This document shows, in pieces, positions 36,331 to 49,820 of a DNA stretch of 64,000 nt. The notes under the pieces are model-generated. The model did no database searches, was not told where the DNA came from, and saw only the letters and a program-made list of their open reading frames with translations. The stretch spans positions 47,988,001-48,052,000 of the forward strand of contig OX597815.1 of NCBI GenBank assembly GCA_951406725.2. Reading direction: 5' to 3'. Both the position numbers and the translations under genes were made by a program. The stretch comes from Octopus vulgaris (lineage: Eukaryota). How positions within the stretch are numbered: the first letter of the stretch is position 1; each line of letters opens with the position of its first letter.

Positions 36331-37865
36331 CTGAAGGTGGAATGGTGCAGTTAGATGAAGTCTTGGAGAATGAAAGGAGAAGGCTGGGCAATAGATCATG
36401 GCAGACTGATATATCTTATAATAATTCTGCTTGTCACTCTATTACTTAGCCCATTCGTAACATTTCCATGTGATTAGTTGAAGTGGGGGATGGGGAAGAG
36501 GGGGAAATGAGGGGGAGGGGAGAGAGAAGTGGTGGTGAGTGAAATGTGTAATTTTTTTTAGTACTGTTTTTTTCCTTCCATTACTTAGCCTGTCTGTAAC
36601 ACTTTCACATGATTAGAAGGAAAAGGAGAGAAGTGAAAGAAAATGGTGAGAGAAAAAGAGGGTAAGGTGAAGAGTGAGAGAGAAAGAGGGAGAGTATTGT
36701 GTATTAAGTCTATAAAATTGTACATGCATTAAATAATCATCGTATTCCAATTTCCTTCACTTGTCAATGATTAGCAGATGAACGACTATCTTTTGATACA
36801 AACACAACACAGGCTATGCTTTTAGGTTTTTTTTGATAAAGTTTTCAGAAATAACCCAATAAGTTTACCATTAATTCTGTGAAATATTCACGGGTCCTGC
36901 TGGTATGTATATACACATAACTGTTTGTCTGTTAGTTTGCATGTACATATGTATATTTGTATATATGCATGCATGTATGTTTATGAGTGTAGTGGTTTTG
37001 TGTGTATATGTATATGTATATTTATGCATACAGATTAATAGGAAAAAAAAAACTAGCATGGGCTTGGACTACAAATATAAATTAAGGATAAATTGAAAAA
37101 TTGATAAATTCTCGATTTATTAAAATTACCTTACCTAAAAAACTAAATAAAGAAATAAACAAATGCCTGGTGATATTTTGTCACCAACTCTGAGTAAGGA
37201 GATCAGCTTGATACTCAAGAATTGTCCCCAGATAAGGGAAAGACAATCTAACAATTTACTTTATCACAACCAGACATGCTGAACAAATAACAGTACATCT
37301 ATTTCTAACTTGGTGCTTTTGAACTGCCAATAAAGCCTCCACATGACTGCTGGATTTGCTAGAAATAACAAATTTCCATCAAATTACACCCTAACATCAG
37401 TCAGTGTAGTTTTTAATATATAAAAAGATGGGATGGTCATGACTGGATTGCTTTTGATTACAGGTCTGTTCCACTGGAGTGGCTCTATATATCCTCAAGC
37501 ACTACTGTACACATCCATATTTCTATCTATGTACCTGTCTATCAATGTATGTGTGTGTGTGTAATGAGAACCCATAGTTTCCTCTACCAAAATTTACTTT
37601 CAAGGCTTTGATGGTAAGTCAAAGTTACGGCACTCACCTAAGCTGCTGTGCAGCAGGAGGAAAAACAAAGAACAATCTACCTGTAAAGTGAGTGTGTTAA
37701 CCACACAGCCATGCTTGTGCCTTTTCTGTAACCATGAAGAACAAAGTGTATATTCAAGGAAACTAAACCATATACACACATGCACATGATAACTAGGACC
37801 TAGAAACTGCAATATAGGTGGAATAAAACCTATAGAAAAATTATATTTATTATAATCCAACTAAT

Positions 37866-38180
37866 GAGGCGCAATGGGCCAGTGGTTAGGGCAGCGGACT
37901 TGCAGTCAGAGAATCGTGGTTTCGATTCCCAGACGAGGGCATTGTGTGTGTTTATTGAGTGAAAATACCTAAAGTTCCATGAGGCTCTGGCAGGGGGTGG
38001 TGGCGACCCCTGTTGTACTCTTTCACCCCAACTTTCTCTCACTCTCTCTTCCTGTCTCTTGAGTAACACTGCGATGGACTGGCGTCCTGTCCAGCTGAGG
38101 TGGGGTGGAGGGGAACACATACGCCACAGAAACTGGGCCCATGAGCCTGGCTAGGCTTGAAAAGGTCGCATAAATAAAAA
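37866..38180 (+). mobile_element. tRNA-derived SINE family C (V-SINE-like gcgatggactggcgtcc domain)
   Basis: A box gggccagtggtt, B box ggtttcgattccc; aataa tail; ataatccaact repeated on both flanks. Confidence 0.8.
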
Positions 38181-38589
38181 ATAAATAATAATCCAACTGA
38201 TAGCTCATCTTTTATGAGTTAGAGATCAACGTAGTTAAATGTAATATTGATTTCAAATTTTGGTGCAAGGCCAGCAATTTTGGGAGTGGGGTGAGGGTAA
38301 ATCGATTACATTTGCCCCCAGTGCTGAGCTGGTACTTATTTTACTGAACCCAAAAGGACAAAAGGAAAAGCTGACCTTGGTGGAATTTGAACCCAGAATG
38401 TAAAAAAACAGACAAAATGCTGCTAAGCATTTTTCCCAGCATGCTAACAATTTTTCCATCTTGCCATCTTGATTTTAATACTAAAGTCCTAACAACGACA
38501 TGATTATATGAAAATGAAACAATAAAGGCGCATGATGAGTTTGGTTAATTTAACTATAGAACTTTCAGTAGAATTAACTAAGGGCTTAC

Positions 38590-38683
38590 TTGTTCTGATG
38601 AGCTCTGGACATTTTCTCTAGCCCTTAGTTGTTGCTCAAGTTTCTGAACTTGATTTACTTCTTGATGAAGTCTCTGCTTTAAT
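38590..38683 (-). CDS. CNTLN: Internal coding exon A of centlein-like coiled-coil gene ((R)LKQRLHQEVNQVQKLEQQLRARENVQSSSEQ), phase 2 to 0
   Basis: Acceptor ttctttacag, donor CAA/gtaagc; 94 nt open; heptad-like; phase fits next exon. Symbol rests on recalled similarity of downstream exons, not a search. Confidence 0.8.
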
Positions 38684-39761
38684 CTGTAAAGAAGAATCAT
38701 TGTTATTAAGATGACAAAGTAAAACCACAAGCATTTAAAACATGGCATATATTGTTTGTTACGACAACACTGTATGACACGATTTTTGCCCTTGGTAGCC
38801 ACTGTTATTTCTTATTTGGTTACCCTTAGAAAATATGAAAAATGGTTAATATTTCCTTCAAACTTTTCTTTTGTTACATTTATTCAAACACACAGCTATG
38901 GTGCTCCCACACTACTTCTACACATGATCAGAGATGTACATATTGTCAGCCACTAAGGGACTTGTTCAAGTGGTCATGGTCAAGCAACTGACAAGTGAAT
39001 CTGTGGTACTGAGCAGAATATTTGTTTTAACAATATTTCTGCTTTGGCAATTCAGCACTGAATCTGTTTGAAATGTAACGGAAAATAGATCAGTTTTAAA
39101 ACATTGATGTCCAAGTCATAAAGGCAGTTTTTCAGGGAATAGTAGCCATTTCATTGGATTTCTAGATAGAAGCATACAGGAAATAACGTTTACTGACTAA
39201 AGACAAAAAAAAAAAATAACAAAATTTTTGTTACACAGTGTAATAAGCATGTAAGCAATCTTACAAAGGAAATTCTGAAACAGATATTTCAATATTAATC
39301 TAGTATGTGTCACTGATGTAGAAATAAGGTTTCTTATTAAAAACTCTTAAATAATTAGGTACTACAACACAATTTATTTGTACAATGATTACAATCTGCA
39401 AACTAAGTCATACATTTCATCAATGCATATTCCATAGAAACATGCTATACAGGGGAAGCAAACCTTTTTATTCCTTTGACAGAAGAAGAGCAGATTGCCT
39501 TGCTTTGCTGATGAGGATTTCCCTAACTAGCCATGTAAACAAACAAATTTCAACATCTCATACTACAATAAATTTTAGCAATAGGAAAATTCCTTAGAAA
39601 ATAGAACACTTTTATTCAGTCAAAACTGGGCTTATATTAAGTTGTGGATGGAGATATCAAGATGCAAATGAAAATTTTGAGGAATTGATTAAAGACTAAT
39701 TAAATTTAAAAGATTCATTGACTAATTGCTAAAACAACTGGAAAATTAAAAACATTATAAG

Positions 39762-39960
39762 GTGCAGGAGTGGCTGTGTGGTAAGTAGCTTTCTTACCAA
39801 CCACATGGTTCCGGGTTCAGTCCCACTGCGTGGGACCTTGGGCAAGTGTCTTCTACTATAGCCTCAGGCTGACCAAAGCCTTATGAGTGGATTTGGTAGA
39901 CGGAAACTGAAAGAAGCCTGTCGTATATATGTATATGTATATATATCTGTGTGTGTTTGT
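39762..39960 (+). mobile_element. SINE family A, 5' half
   Basis: Head and core present; ends in the microsatellite. Confidence 0.85.
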
Positions 39961-42281
39961 GTGACCCTGGTGCCATCAAGCAAGAGCATGAAGCCAAGCC
40001 AGATGTGGAATCCAAAATTCTTTTATTTTTATTTTAGTGTGACAAGGGACCAGGAGATGTGGCGATTTGCTGTACTTGATAAGATACATCAAGCTGAGTA
40101 AAATTTCTGTTTTCCACACATACAGGCTTGTCCTTTCAGGTGTTGGTACCATTTAAAAAGCACCTGTGCTGGTGCTGCGTTAATGCACTCATGCCACAAC
40201 TGACAATTGAATTCTGGACATCTCCCTGCTAGTCAGTTCCATGTCAAACCGATCAACCCATGCCAGCATAGAAAGAAGATGCTAATTGATGATGATGAGG
40301 ATAATGATGATGATGGAACTGAGAAATTCTCTTTTACACAGCAAATGTGCTACATATATACTCAACCTAACCAAACTGATTGCTCCAGCCAAGCACACTG
40401 TGTGAAGACTGCTTGCTACAGTATAGCACAATTCTGATGCTACAGCCAAAGCTAGCAAAACTCTCCTTGAATCAAGGAAATCTGCCATTGTCACCAGGCA
40501 CAAGGTTCTCATTAAAGAGGTTCACAAAGCAGAAGTGGTAGGCAAGTAGAACCAGAGGCAGACCTCAGTTTGTGTGGATGGATGGAGTGAGGAAAGCTTT
40601 GGTGGTTAGAGGTGTTAGAGTGAGAGAGTCAAGAGAGTTTATAAATGATAGGAAAGCTTGGAGAGTGTTTGTGGACGGATGAGTGAATTTGATGTTGCTC
40701 AAAGGGATATGGCACCAGCATGATGTGGTGGGGGTAAACCAGCATATGCTGTTGGGCCCTGCTGCTGATATTGGGGGTTGCGTTCTATGCCTTGACCTGA
40801 TCAGAGAATGGGGCTTGTCGCTTTGAGCTGGGAAATGAATGGAATGCCTGGCATGTGTCTTGTGTCTACCCACTCCTAAAAAAATGGAGAATAGGCCTGG
40901 GTATAGCCAGCACAGGTGCCAGTATGGCACCTGTGCTGGTGGCATGTGTAAAAAGATTCAAGTGAGGTCATTGCCAGTACTGCCTGACTGGCCCCCGTGA
41001 CGGTGGCACGTAAAAAGCATCCGCTACACCCTCGGACTGGTTGGCGTTAGGAAGGGCATCCAGCTGTAGAAACTCTGCCAGATAAAGAGCCTGGTGCAGC
41101 CATCTGGTTCGCCAGCCCTCAGTCAAAATCGTCCAACCTATGCTAACATGGAAAGCAGACGTTAACCAATGATGATGATGATGATGATATATATATACTT
41201 TTCTCTTAGTCAACTATGTACTTTTTTTCTTCTGCAGTACTTAATAAAAAGGGTCACAGGTAGATTCTTTTGAATTAGACAACTGTGATAAAATATTAAA
41301 AATAAAGTTTTTATTTTTTCTCAACTGCTGGTGGGGGCAGACATTTTTCAGTAAAATTATAGTGTGGCCTGGAGGAAAATAAATTGGGAAACACTGCCCT
41401 GCTCTAAACATTGATCAATCCCATCTTCCTCTGTACTTTTCCTCCACTCCTCTCTGAACTCATTCTCTGTCATCATTAAGCCATCTCTGTTTCTCCAGTT
41501 GATAAGAACCAATGCAAACCCCCACTTCCTCATTAGTGAAATTTCACAAAAATAATAAACGAAAAAAAAAAAAGTAAAGCAGTTTATGTATAGCAAAGTA
41601 TGAACTCACAAACATTGATATAACTTACATGTGCCATCCCAGCCCACAACCATCATCATCACCTCAACTAATAAAGCTTTATTATTGATTAACTAAGTCA
41701 ATCAATAACGATAAAAGCAAATAAATTCATTACATTTTATCAATGAATATATAAAATATGAAGAGATATATCATAATTCCAATAATTATGAATAGCTCAA
41801 TCTCTTTTCATTGTGTTGTTATGTTATTTTATTATCCGTTCTTAAGTTTGCCAGCATGTGTTAGATCCATTAAGACCAGCAGAGTAGATTTTAATTTTGA
41901 AGAAAGAAGGAATGTGTAGGGTGGCAGTGCATGAGTGTATGGGGTGTGAGGTATCAGATTGCTTTTTGAGCTTAATGGAAAAGCTTTGCTGGAAATATGC
42001 TTATGTTTTTTTTTTTCTTTTTTTTTTTAAATATAAATATAAACTGTGTCAAGAATATGTTTTGCAATATCTTGTAATAGACAAACTGTCTCTGATTCAT
42101 TTCCGGATTGTTCTATAATTCATTATGAATATATATATATATATATATATATATAATAAATATATATATATATATATATATATATTAATAAATATAAGGG
42201 TAACAAAAAATTCTAGAAAAATTCTCCGCTACCAGCGGTCCAGTGAGAAAGAAAAGATAGTCAAAGACTATATAATATACA

Positions 42282-42500
42282 TTCAAAAATATAAGGAATG
42301 GCCATAATAGGACATTCGATTCACTAGAAAGAGCAGCCAAACTCAAACTGCTAATAGTTATAATACTGAAATTGAAAGAGAAGAGGTAAACGTTTTTATT
42401 TCTCTTTCAATTTCAGAATTATAACTATTAGCGGTTTGAGTTTGTCTGCTCTTTCTAGTGAGTCGAATGTCCTATTATGGCCATTCCTTATATTTTTGAA
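42282..42500. repeat. Inverted repeat, 101-bp arms, 17-nt loop, within a (TA)n-flanked insert (about 42180-42500)
   Basis: 42282-42382 versus 42400-42500, 4 mismatches by eye. Confidence 0.95.
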
Positions 42501-43483
42501 GATATATATATATACACACACACATATGAAGAGAAAGTCATAACAAGTGAGCTATAATTTTCAAAATTGCTTGACCTATAAATTTTCATAAGATTTATAT
42601 TTCATATTCTTAAATGATTTTTGTTGCTAGACTGTGGCCATGCTGGGGCCATGACCCATATTTATCAATTGATACCTGTTTTATTGAATATAGAAGAATG
42701 AAATACATAGTAAACCTGGGTTAATTTCAATTGAGAATATAAAGAGATATAGACAGAAACGACAACATTGGTTTTCATTTATTTGCAGCTTGGTAACATA
42801 GATACCAGTCATAAACTGGAGCTGAATCAATCATTTACTTTAGATCTTTCCACAAAATGTGTAAGATATACAAGAAGGAATTCCAAATGAAAGACAAGTT
42901 GTAGAAAAATGAATTAATGTTGTTTTAACTAATCAGTGAGTTAATACAATAGCTTGTATTATCATCATTGTCCTTTTAATACCTACTTTTTCATGTCTGC
43001 ATGGGTCAGATGGAATTTATTGGGGTAGATTTTCAAAGGCTAGACGCCCTTCATGTTGCCAATCCTCACCTCAGTGCTTCTTGATCTCACAGCTGTGCAC
43101 AATTTCTCAACAAAAAGTTCTTACAGATAAAATCTATAATAGCAGGTTTTTGATTTAAATATAAATATGTGATTTTGAAAAACTTTTGTACCATAACCAG
43201 AGGCAATCTCAAGTGGGGGTGGTGGATCAGATTAAAAAGGTAGGGTGTGATTTGAAGGAGAATAGGCTAAGATTTTTAACAGCCCAAGTGACCATGCAGA
43301 GGTTCCATTATTAGATTGTCTAATGTTTTGTCAACTTATAGTGGTGCTGAGTTCAAATCACTTTAAGAGGATTTCCAGTTGGGACCATTTAATCAAATTC
43401 TCATTGGAATATATAACAAGACTATGGTGTTAGAAAATTACTATTTTTGAATCTCATAACGAGAGATATTCAGCAACAATACT

Positions 43484-43860
43484 TTGGAGCGTTTGCCAAC
43501 ATAACATGGCAGTCCTGGTTTAGGATGAATGTTACTGTAATTTAGCCCCAGGAGTCATTGTCTCCAGCTGGCTATACGACACGATCTGTGTCTGTATATT
43601 TTCGAACAAGGGAATCTAGCACCCCAAATCAGCTCAAAACAATATTTGTGTATTGCAATTTCGGGAATAACCTGGAAATCGTGATACACAGACATTGCTT
43701 TGAACTGAATGGGGGTGCTAGATTCCCTTGTTCGAAAATATAAGGACACAGATTGTGTCGTATAGCCAGCTGGAGACAATGACTCCTGGGGCTAAATTGC
43801 AGCAACATTTGTCCTAAACCAGGAGTGCCATGTTATGTTGGCAAACAATCTTTACTCCAA
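43484..43860. repeat. About 377-bp near-perfect palindrome (MITE/foldback-like)
   Basis: Arms of about 185 bp around loop aataa (about 43666-43670); near-identical ORF start MSPAGYTT on both strands. Confidence 0.95.
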
Positions 43861-43929
43861 GACTATGGTGTGTTCAGTGGTTTTCTTTGTGGGTTAAAGG
43901 GGCATTAATTTAATTTATCTTCTCTTTTA

Positions 43930-44262
43930 TCTTTTACTTGTTTCAGCCATTAGATGTGGCCATGCTGGAGCACCGTCTTGAAGAACTTTTAGTCAAATGA
44001 ATTGATCACAGTGCTTATTTTTTAAGCCTGGTACTTATTCTATTGGTTCCTTTTGCTGGACCACTAAGTTACAGGGGACATAAACACACCAACACCGGTT
44101 GTCAAGTGGTGATGGGGGGGGGAAACAGACACAAAGACACACACACATAGATATATTGACATATATATATATATATATATATACATATATGATGGGCTAC
44201 ACACTGGGACTGAACTCAGAATCATGTGGTTGGGAAGCAAGATTCTTACCACACAGCCACTC
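43930..44262 (-). mobile_element. SINE family A, internally deleted
   Basis: Tail and head present, core shortened. Confidence 0.8.
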
Positions 44263-44274
44263 ATACTGCTGACA

Positions 44275-44660
44275 AATTTTGGCACAAGGCCAGCAATTTC
44301 AGGGGTAGAGATAAGTTAATTACTGTGCTCAACTGGTGTTTATTTCATTGACCCCAAAAGGATGGAAGGCAAAATCAATCTAGGTGGTATCTGAACTCAG
44401 AATGTAAAGACCAGTGAAATAACACCAGGCATTTTGGCCAGCACAAGGAGCTAAACATAGAGGGGAAAAACAAGGACAAAGAGATTAAGTCGATTACATC
44501 AAATCCAGTGCGTAACTGGTACTTAATGTATCGACCCCCGAAAGGATGAAAGGCAAAGTCGACCTCGGCAGAATTTGAACTCAGAACGTAGCGGCAGACG
44601 AAATACCGCTAAGCATTTTGCCCGGCCTGCTAATGATTCTATCAGCTTGCCACCTTATTG
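44275..44660 (-). mobile_element. Two family B SINEs
   Basis: Same consensus; second copy CpG-rich. Confidence 0.8.
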
Positions 44661-45109
44661 AGTTGATTCATTAAGAAACAATCTTATAGTTTTGGTTTTA
44701 ATTCTTTTAATTTCAAGTTCTTTTTAAGTCATTACCAAAATTTTGAAGTTGACTCTGGGTACCAAAACCCACGCGCTCACAATACATTATATTCTTGAAA
44801 TTGCTGAATTACAGCACAGTCTTATATAACTATATAGGATGATTATATACACATGTGTACATATATGTTTATATGTGTGTACTTGTGTATGTGTGCATGT
44901 AGGTGCAGCATGGTTATGTGGTTAAGAAGTTCGCTTCACCATTACTTACTTCCAGGTTCAGTCTCAATGCTACTATAGCCCCAGCTCTGTTTGACTAAAA
45001 ATCCCTTAAGGTAGTGCTCCAGCTGAAACAAGTAAAAGAATTAAAGAATGTGTGTGTATGTGCTTGTTCTATCTATCTATCTATCTATATGTATGTGTGT
45101 ATATATATA

Positions 45110-45803
45110 TACATGGTTCCGGGTTCAGTCCCACTGCGTGGCATCTTGGGCAAGTGTCTTCTGCTATAGCCCCGGGCCGACCAATGCCTTGTGAGTGGAT
45201 TTGGTAGACGGAAACTGAAAGAAGCCTGTTGTATATATGTATATATATGTATGAGTTTGTGTGTCTGTGTTTGTCCCCCTAGCGTTGCTTGACAACTGAT
45301 GCTGGTGTGTTTACATTCCCGTCACTTAGCGGTTCGGCATAAGAGACCGATAGAATAAGTACTAGGCTTACAAAGATTAAGTCCCGGGGTCGATCTCCTC
45401 GACTAAAGGCGGTGCTCCAGCATGGCCGCAGTCAAATGACTGAAACAAGTAAAAGAGTAAAGAGTATATACACACACATTACCTAGGCATTGTGAGACTA
45501 ATAACCTGGTGTAGTACTCAATATCCACAAGCTTCAGAATAAGTCATAATGCTCTGTACTCAACTATATACACACATTCTGTTTTTCTTTTATTCTTTTA
45601 TTTGTTTCAGTCTTGTGATTGTGGCCATGCTGGAGCACTGGCTTTAGCCAAACAAATCGACTCCAGGACATATTCTTTGAAAGCATAGTACTTATTCTAT
45701 CGGTCTCTTTCGCCGAACTGCTAAGTTATGGGGACGTAAACACACCAACATCGGTTGTCAAGCAATGGTGGGACAAACAGACACACAAACATATATACCC
45801 CAC

Positions 45804-45834
<31 letters not shown>

Positions 45835-45990
45835 GATGGGCTTCTTTCAGTTTCTGTCTACCAAATCCACTCACAAGGCTTTGGTCAGCCTGAGGCTATA
45901 GTAGAAGACACTTGCCCAAGGTGCTATGCAGTGGGACTGAACCTGGAACCAAGTAATTGGTAAGCAAGCTACTTTCCACAGCCATTCGTG
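45110..45990. mobile_element. Tail-to-tail pair of family A SINEs (45110-45465 plus; about 45595-45990 minus)
   Basis: Opposite orientations about 130 bp apart. Confidence 0.9.
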
Positions 45991-45992
45991 CA

Positions 45993-46029
<37 letters not shown>

Positions 46030-46242
46030 AAGTTGAAGACAGGGATGAAATTCACACTATGAAAATGACATATTATCTGTAGAAGTAGAAATAGCACATT
46101 TCCCTTTATTGCTAATAAACATTCAAAACAACAAAAGAAACCCAAAAAATATTACATGGCTACCAGCTATTATGATCTAGAAACATAATTTATGAGTTAC
46201 AAACACAGATGTATAAATACATACAAATACAACAGATAGACA

Positions 46243-46332
<90 letters not shown>

Positions 46333-46419
46333 CAGATAGATAGGCAGATAAGTAGACAGAATGGACAGACTCTAATATGCACTGCATCTATTAAAAGCAT
46401 AAATCCATCAGTGGAAAAT

Positions 46420-46503
46420 ATAACAACAAATAATAATAATAATAATAATGATAATGATGATGATGATGATAATAATAATAATAATAATATTAATAATAAT
46501 GAT

Positions 46504-46548
<45 letters not shown>

Positions 46549-46595
46549 GATGATGATAATGGTGATGATCATGATAAAATTATTATTATTATTGG
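46420..46595. repeat. (AAT/GAT)n microsatellite, preceded by (TA)n/(GATA)n at 46246-46340
   Basis: Direct reading. Confidence 0.95.
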
Positions 46596-46773
46596 CAAAT
46601 TTAGTGACAGCTACAGGCAATGGTGTTTATGAAATTTTCAGGTAAGAAAAAAATGTTTCTGTTCATCATCATCATCATCAACACCTTTAGTGTTGTAGTA
46701 TTTGTAGTGGTGGCGGTGTTTGCAAAATTGCTTAATATTAATAGAACACTGAATTTTTGAAAATAGACGGAAA

Positions 46774-46819
<46 letters not shown>

Positions 46820-48264
46820 GAAGAATACAATTAAAAAAAATATGTATACAAATTATATCAAAGGAATCAAAAATAGACGAGTGAGGTGGAAGAGGTGATG
46901 GGAAACATTATATGAAAAATAAAGAAATAAATGAATATAATAAAAGAATTGACAACAAACACACTCAAAAATATATCAAAGCCAACACAAAACCAAAAAA
47001 ATACAGTTTTGCATATCTTTATATTTACACATATATGTATGTATGTATGTATACACACATACATATATACATATGCTTATCTACATATGTATATACACAT
47101 AAGCATATTAAAATAAAAATACAACTAGCATGCATATAAAGACTCACACACACTCTGTACAAGCATGTAGATATGCATATATGATCGTTGCCAGGGCTGT
47201 TGACTGGCTCCCATGATGGTGGCATGTAAAAAGCACCATTCAAGCGTGATTGTTGCCAGAGTCGCCTGACTGGCTCCTGTGCTGGTGGCACATAAAAAAC
47301 ACCATTCAAATGTGGTCGTTGCCAGTGCCGCCTGACTGGCTCCTGTGCTGGTAGCATGTAAAAAGCGCCATTTGAGCATGGCTGATGCCAGTACCACCTG
47401 ACTGGCCCTCATGCCGGTGGCAAGTAAAAGCACCCGCTATATTTTCGGAGTAGTTGGCATCAGGAAGGGCATACAGCTGTAGAAACTTTGCCAGATCAGA
47501 TTGGAGCCTGGTACAGCCTTCTGGCTTGCCAGCCCTCAGTCAAACAGTGCAAACCATGCCAGCATGGAAAGCGGATGTTAAACGACGATGATGATGATGA
47601 CATTTGCATTCTTGTTGCCTGACCAAATACAGTCAGTAATTCAGAGTGCTCAGAGTATCATCCTCAGCTTTGAAATAGTAATCTCAAATCACACTCACAC
47701 ATCATCATCATCATTTAACGTCTGCTTTCCATGCTAGCATGGGTCGGACGATTTGACTGAGGAGTGGCGAACCAGATGGCTGCATCAGGCTCCAATTTGA
47801 TCTGGCAGAGTTTCTACAGCTGAATGCCCTTCCTAATGCCAACCACTCCAAGAGTGTAGCAGGTGCTTTTACGTGCCACTGGCACGAGGGCGAGTCAGGC
47901 GGTACTAGCAATTCATTATTACTACTAGATGGCCCTGTATCATCAAAAATGATGGCTAATATGTAGTATCTTATGTATAAAATATCGATGGTAAATCAAA
48001 TTAATACACTTGTCAATGTTCACATACATCCCTTGTACATGCACATACAGAGTTGAAATGCTGTTTGATTTTTCTTCCTGGCATTGAATGTTTACCATCC
48101 CACCAGTTTATCATCACACTTTCCTTCCTTATTCATCTATCACCCCTTCTTTTCCCATTCATATATTGTGACAGAGAAAAACACAAGAGTATTATTATAG
48201 TAGAAGATCATAATAACTTTATTATTATTATTATTATTATCATCATTATCATTATTATTATTAT

Positions 48265-49640
48265 TATCAGTGGCAAGCTGGCAGAACTGTTAGCACACTG
48301 AGCAAAATGCTTAGCAGCATTTTGTCCATCTTCATATTCTGAGTTCAAATTCCACTGGGGTTGACTTTACTTTTTATCCTTTCGGGGGTCAATGAAATAA
48401 GTACCAGTTACACACTGGTTCAATCTAATCGACTAACCCCCTTCCCCACCAAATTTTCAAAGCCTTGTTCCTAGAGTAGAAATGATTATGATTATTATTA
48501 CTGGCAGTGAGCTGTCAGAATCATTAGCACACTAGGTGAAATGCTTAGCAGTATTTTGTCCATCTTCACGTTCTAAGTTCAATTTCTGAGAGGGTAACTT
48601 TGCCTTTCCTCCTTTGAAGGTCGATAAATTAAGTACCAGTGAAACTCTGGCATTCTTGTTGCCTGACCAAATACAGGTAAGTCAGTAATTCAGAGTGCTC
48701 AGAGTATCATCCTCAGCTTTGAAATAGTAATCTCAAATCACACGCATACATATTCATTATAACTTCACTCGAAGTTTCAGGCCAAAACCAAAAAAAAAAA
48801 ATATTAGACAATGGGTGAGATAAAAGGGTAAAGCTCCTTCTTGAATCATATAGATTCTTAAAGCCAGTTTCCTGGCTTCTGTGGTGTATATATATATATA
48901 TATATATATTCACCTGGATGGGACGCTGGTCCATTGCAGGATTACTCACCTTGGTCAGCTGAGTGGACTGGAAAAATGTCCCCTCCACCAAAATTTCAGG
49001 CCTTGTGCTTATACTAGAAAGGATCATTATTATTAAGGAGGCGAGCTGGTAAAATTGTTTGCATTTTTGGAGGTCGATAAAATAAGTATCAGTTGTACAT
49101 TGGAGTCAATGTAATCAACTATCTCCCTCTCTCGAAGTTTCAAGCCTTGTGCCTATAGCAGAAAGGATTATCATTATTATACTTAAGGTGGTGAGCTGGC
49201 AGAATTGTTAGGACACCAGGTAAAATGCTCAGTGACATTTTGTATGACTTCACATTCTGAATTCAAATTCTGCCAAGCTCTACTTTGCCTTTCATCCTTT
49301 CAGGGTTAATAAAATGAGTACCAGTTGAGCACTGAGGTCGATATAATAAACTTACCCACCTCCCCTGGAACTGCTGGCCTTGTGCCAAAATTTGAAATCA
49401 TGATGATTATTATTATTAATATAGGGGCAAGCTGGCAGATCCATTAGTGTAATGGACAAAATGCTTTGTTGCAGTTCATCTGTCTTACATTCTGAGTTCA
49501 AACTCCACCAAGGTTGGCTTTGTCTTTCATCCATATAGGGGTCTATAAATTAAGTACTAGTCAAGGACTGAGGATGTTGCAATAGACTAGTCCCCTGCCC
49601 CAAAATTTCATTCCTTGTTCCAATAAAAGACAGGATTATT
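48265..49640 (+). mobile_element. Head-to-tail array of about five to six family B SINEs separated by (ATT)n
   Basis: gagctggcagaat..gttcaaatt..ctttcatcctttcggggtcgataaa..aggccttgtgcc repeated. Confidence 0.85.
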
Positions 49641-49764
49641 ACTAATATTATTAATCACCAGAAATGAGTGTCCTACATGAAACTTTCAGTTCTTAAGTCA
49701 CTTTGTAACTTCTGATTAAAAGCAGTATATATACATGTGTGTGTGTAAGATTATTCTTACATTC

Positions 49765-49820
<56 letters not shown>

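Noticed and set aside
37866-37940. tRNA-like sequence with A and B boxes
   Set aside because: It continues into a SINE body and tail with flanking duplication; a SINE head rather than a tRNA gene
41357-41596. Charged ORF ENEFREEWRKSTEED as an exon
   Set aside because: No convincing donor; it runs into cagtgtttcccaa, which looks like a DNA transposon end
43555-43779. Near-identical ORFs on both strands
   Set aside because: A direct consequence of the palindrome; no coding signal
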